Positions 63,329-64,000 of a stretch of 64,000 bases of DNA are shown here, piece after piece. Every line of letters starts with the position of its first letter. Position 1 is the first letter of the stretch. The translations under genes and the position numbers were made by a program. The stretch is from Marsupella aquatica (Eukaryota > Plantae > Marchantiophyta): positions 5,345,303 to 5,409,302 of the forward strand of contig OZ316896.1 of NCBI GenBank assembly GCA_973895155.1, read 5' to 3'. The notes below the pieces were generated by a model. It saw only the letters and a program-made list of their open reading frames with translations, was not told where the DNA came from and did not search any database.

Positions 63329-64000
63329 GGGAAGGATCGCAAAGGTTGTGGCCCTTACCCTTCAAACTCCTTTTTGCTGCCGGTGAGGACTGCCTAGCAA
63401 GGGGGAAAGAGTTGCTCACGCATAGCCGACTTTGTGATGGGGGCCCGAAAATGCCTCCAAATATTTTTTCTGCGCATATGATTTCTTTGTATACAATTCT
63501 ACACATATGATTCTGCAATATAGTGTACAGTACTAAAGGGAGGGCATTTGCGACCGTTCAACTTTGGTGACTCTTTGGTCACGGGCCTGGTATATGGGGG
63601 CTTATTTGAGTACAATCTACACACAAGACGGCCCTAAGTGTTAAAGGGATTTCTCTAGGTTTGGGTTGTGTAAAAATGAATGCTCCTCCATGGAAATTCA
63701 AACAGCAACTGAACCTTCCCCTTCAGGACTTCAGGTGCTCTAGTACACTACTCGCAAGCTACTGAACGAAATAGTTTACTCATTCTGAGTGTTATTATAT
63801 CTATGTCTGTGCAAAAGGCAAGTGCAACAGGTGCCATTAATGCAATTCCAAGGATCGGTTGTCCTAGACCCTGACCTGTACTATGGGCATGATTGTCTGG
63901 ATGAAAAGGCGTTTGTTTTTGGTGGGAATGTGGGTAGGCTATGGCTGCTGTAGTGAAGGTCATTCGTCATTGCTTGGTCATCTGGATGACGCTGTCCAGG

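Overview
Eukaryotic nuclear DNA from a land plant. The intron-rich GT-AG genes and the style of the RbcS transit peptide suggest a bryophyte, possibly a complex thalloid liverwort; this taxonomy is inference. Seven protein-coding genes can be modelled by hand: a divergent Rubisco small subunit (rbcS, +), golgin GC6/p115/USO1 (-, about 19 exons), plastid YLMG1/YGGT (+), 26S proteasome lid RPN5 (+), an intronless UNE2-like MFS transporter (-), tRNA(Ile)-lysidine synthase TilS/RSY3 (+) and NatB auxiliary subunit NAA25/TCU2 (+). The intergenic DNA carries many short tandem arrays, MITE/foldback elements, a clean solo LTR and a decayed LTR-retroelement relic. The most notable locus is rbcS. The protein lacks several near-invariant land-plant residues, its promoter is a repeat array that multiplies TATCCA/GGATAA motifs, and its intron carries a triplicated branch-point region. 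I found no rRNA, tRNA or CRISPR, and I cannot claim a confirmed novel system. Exon coordinates were read by eye and may be off by a few bases.
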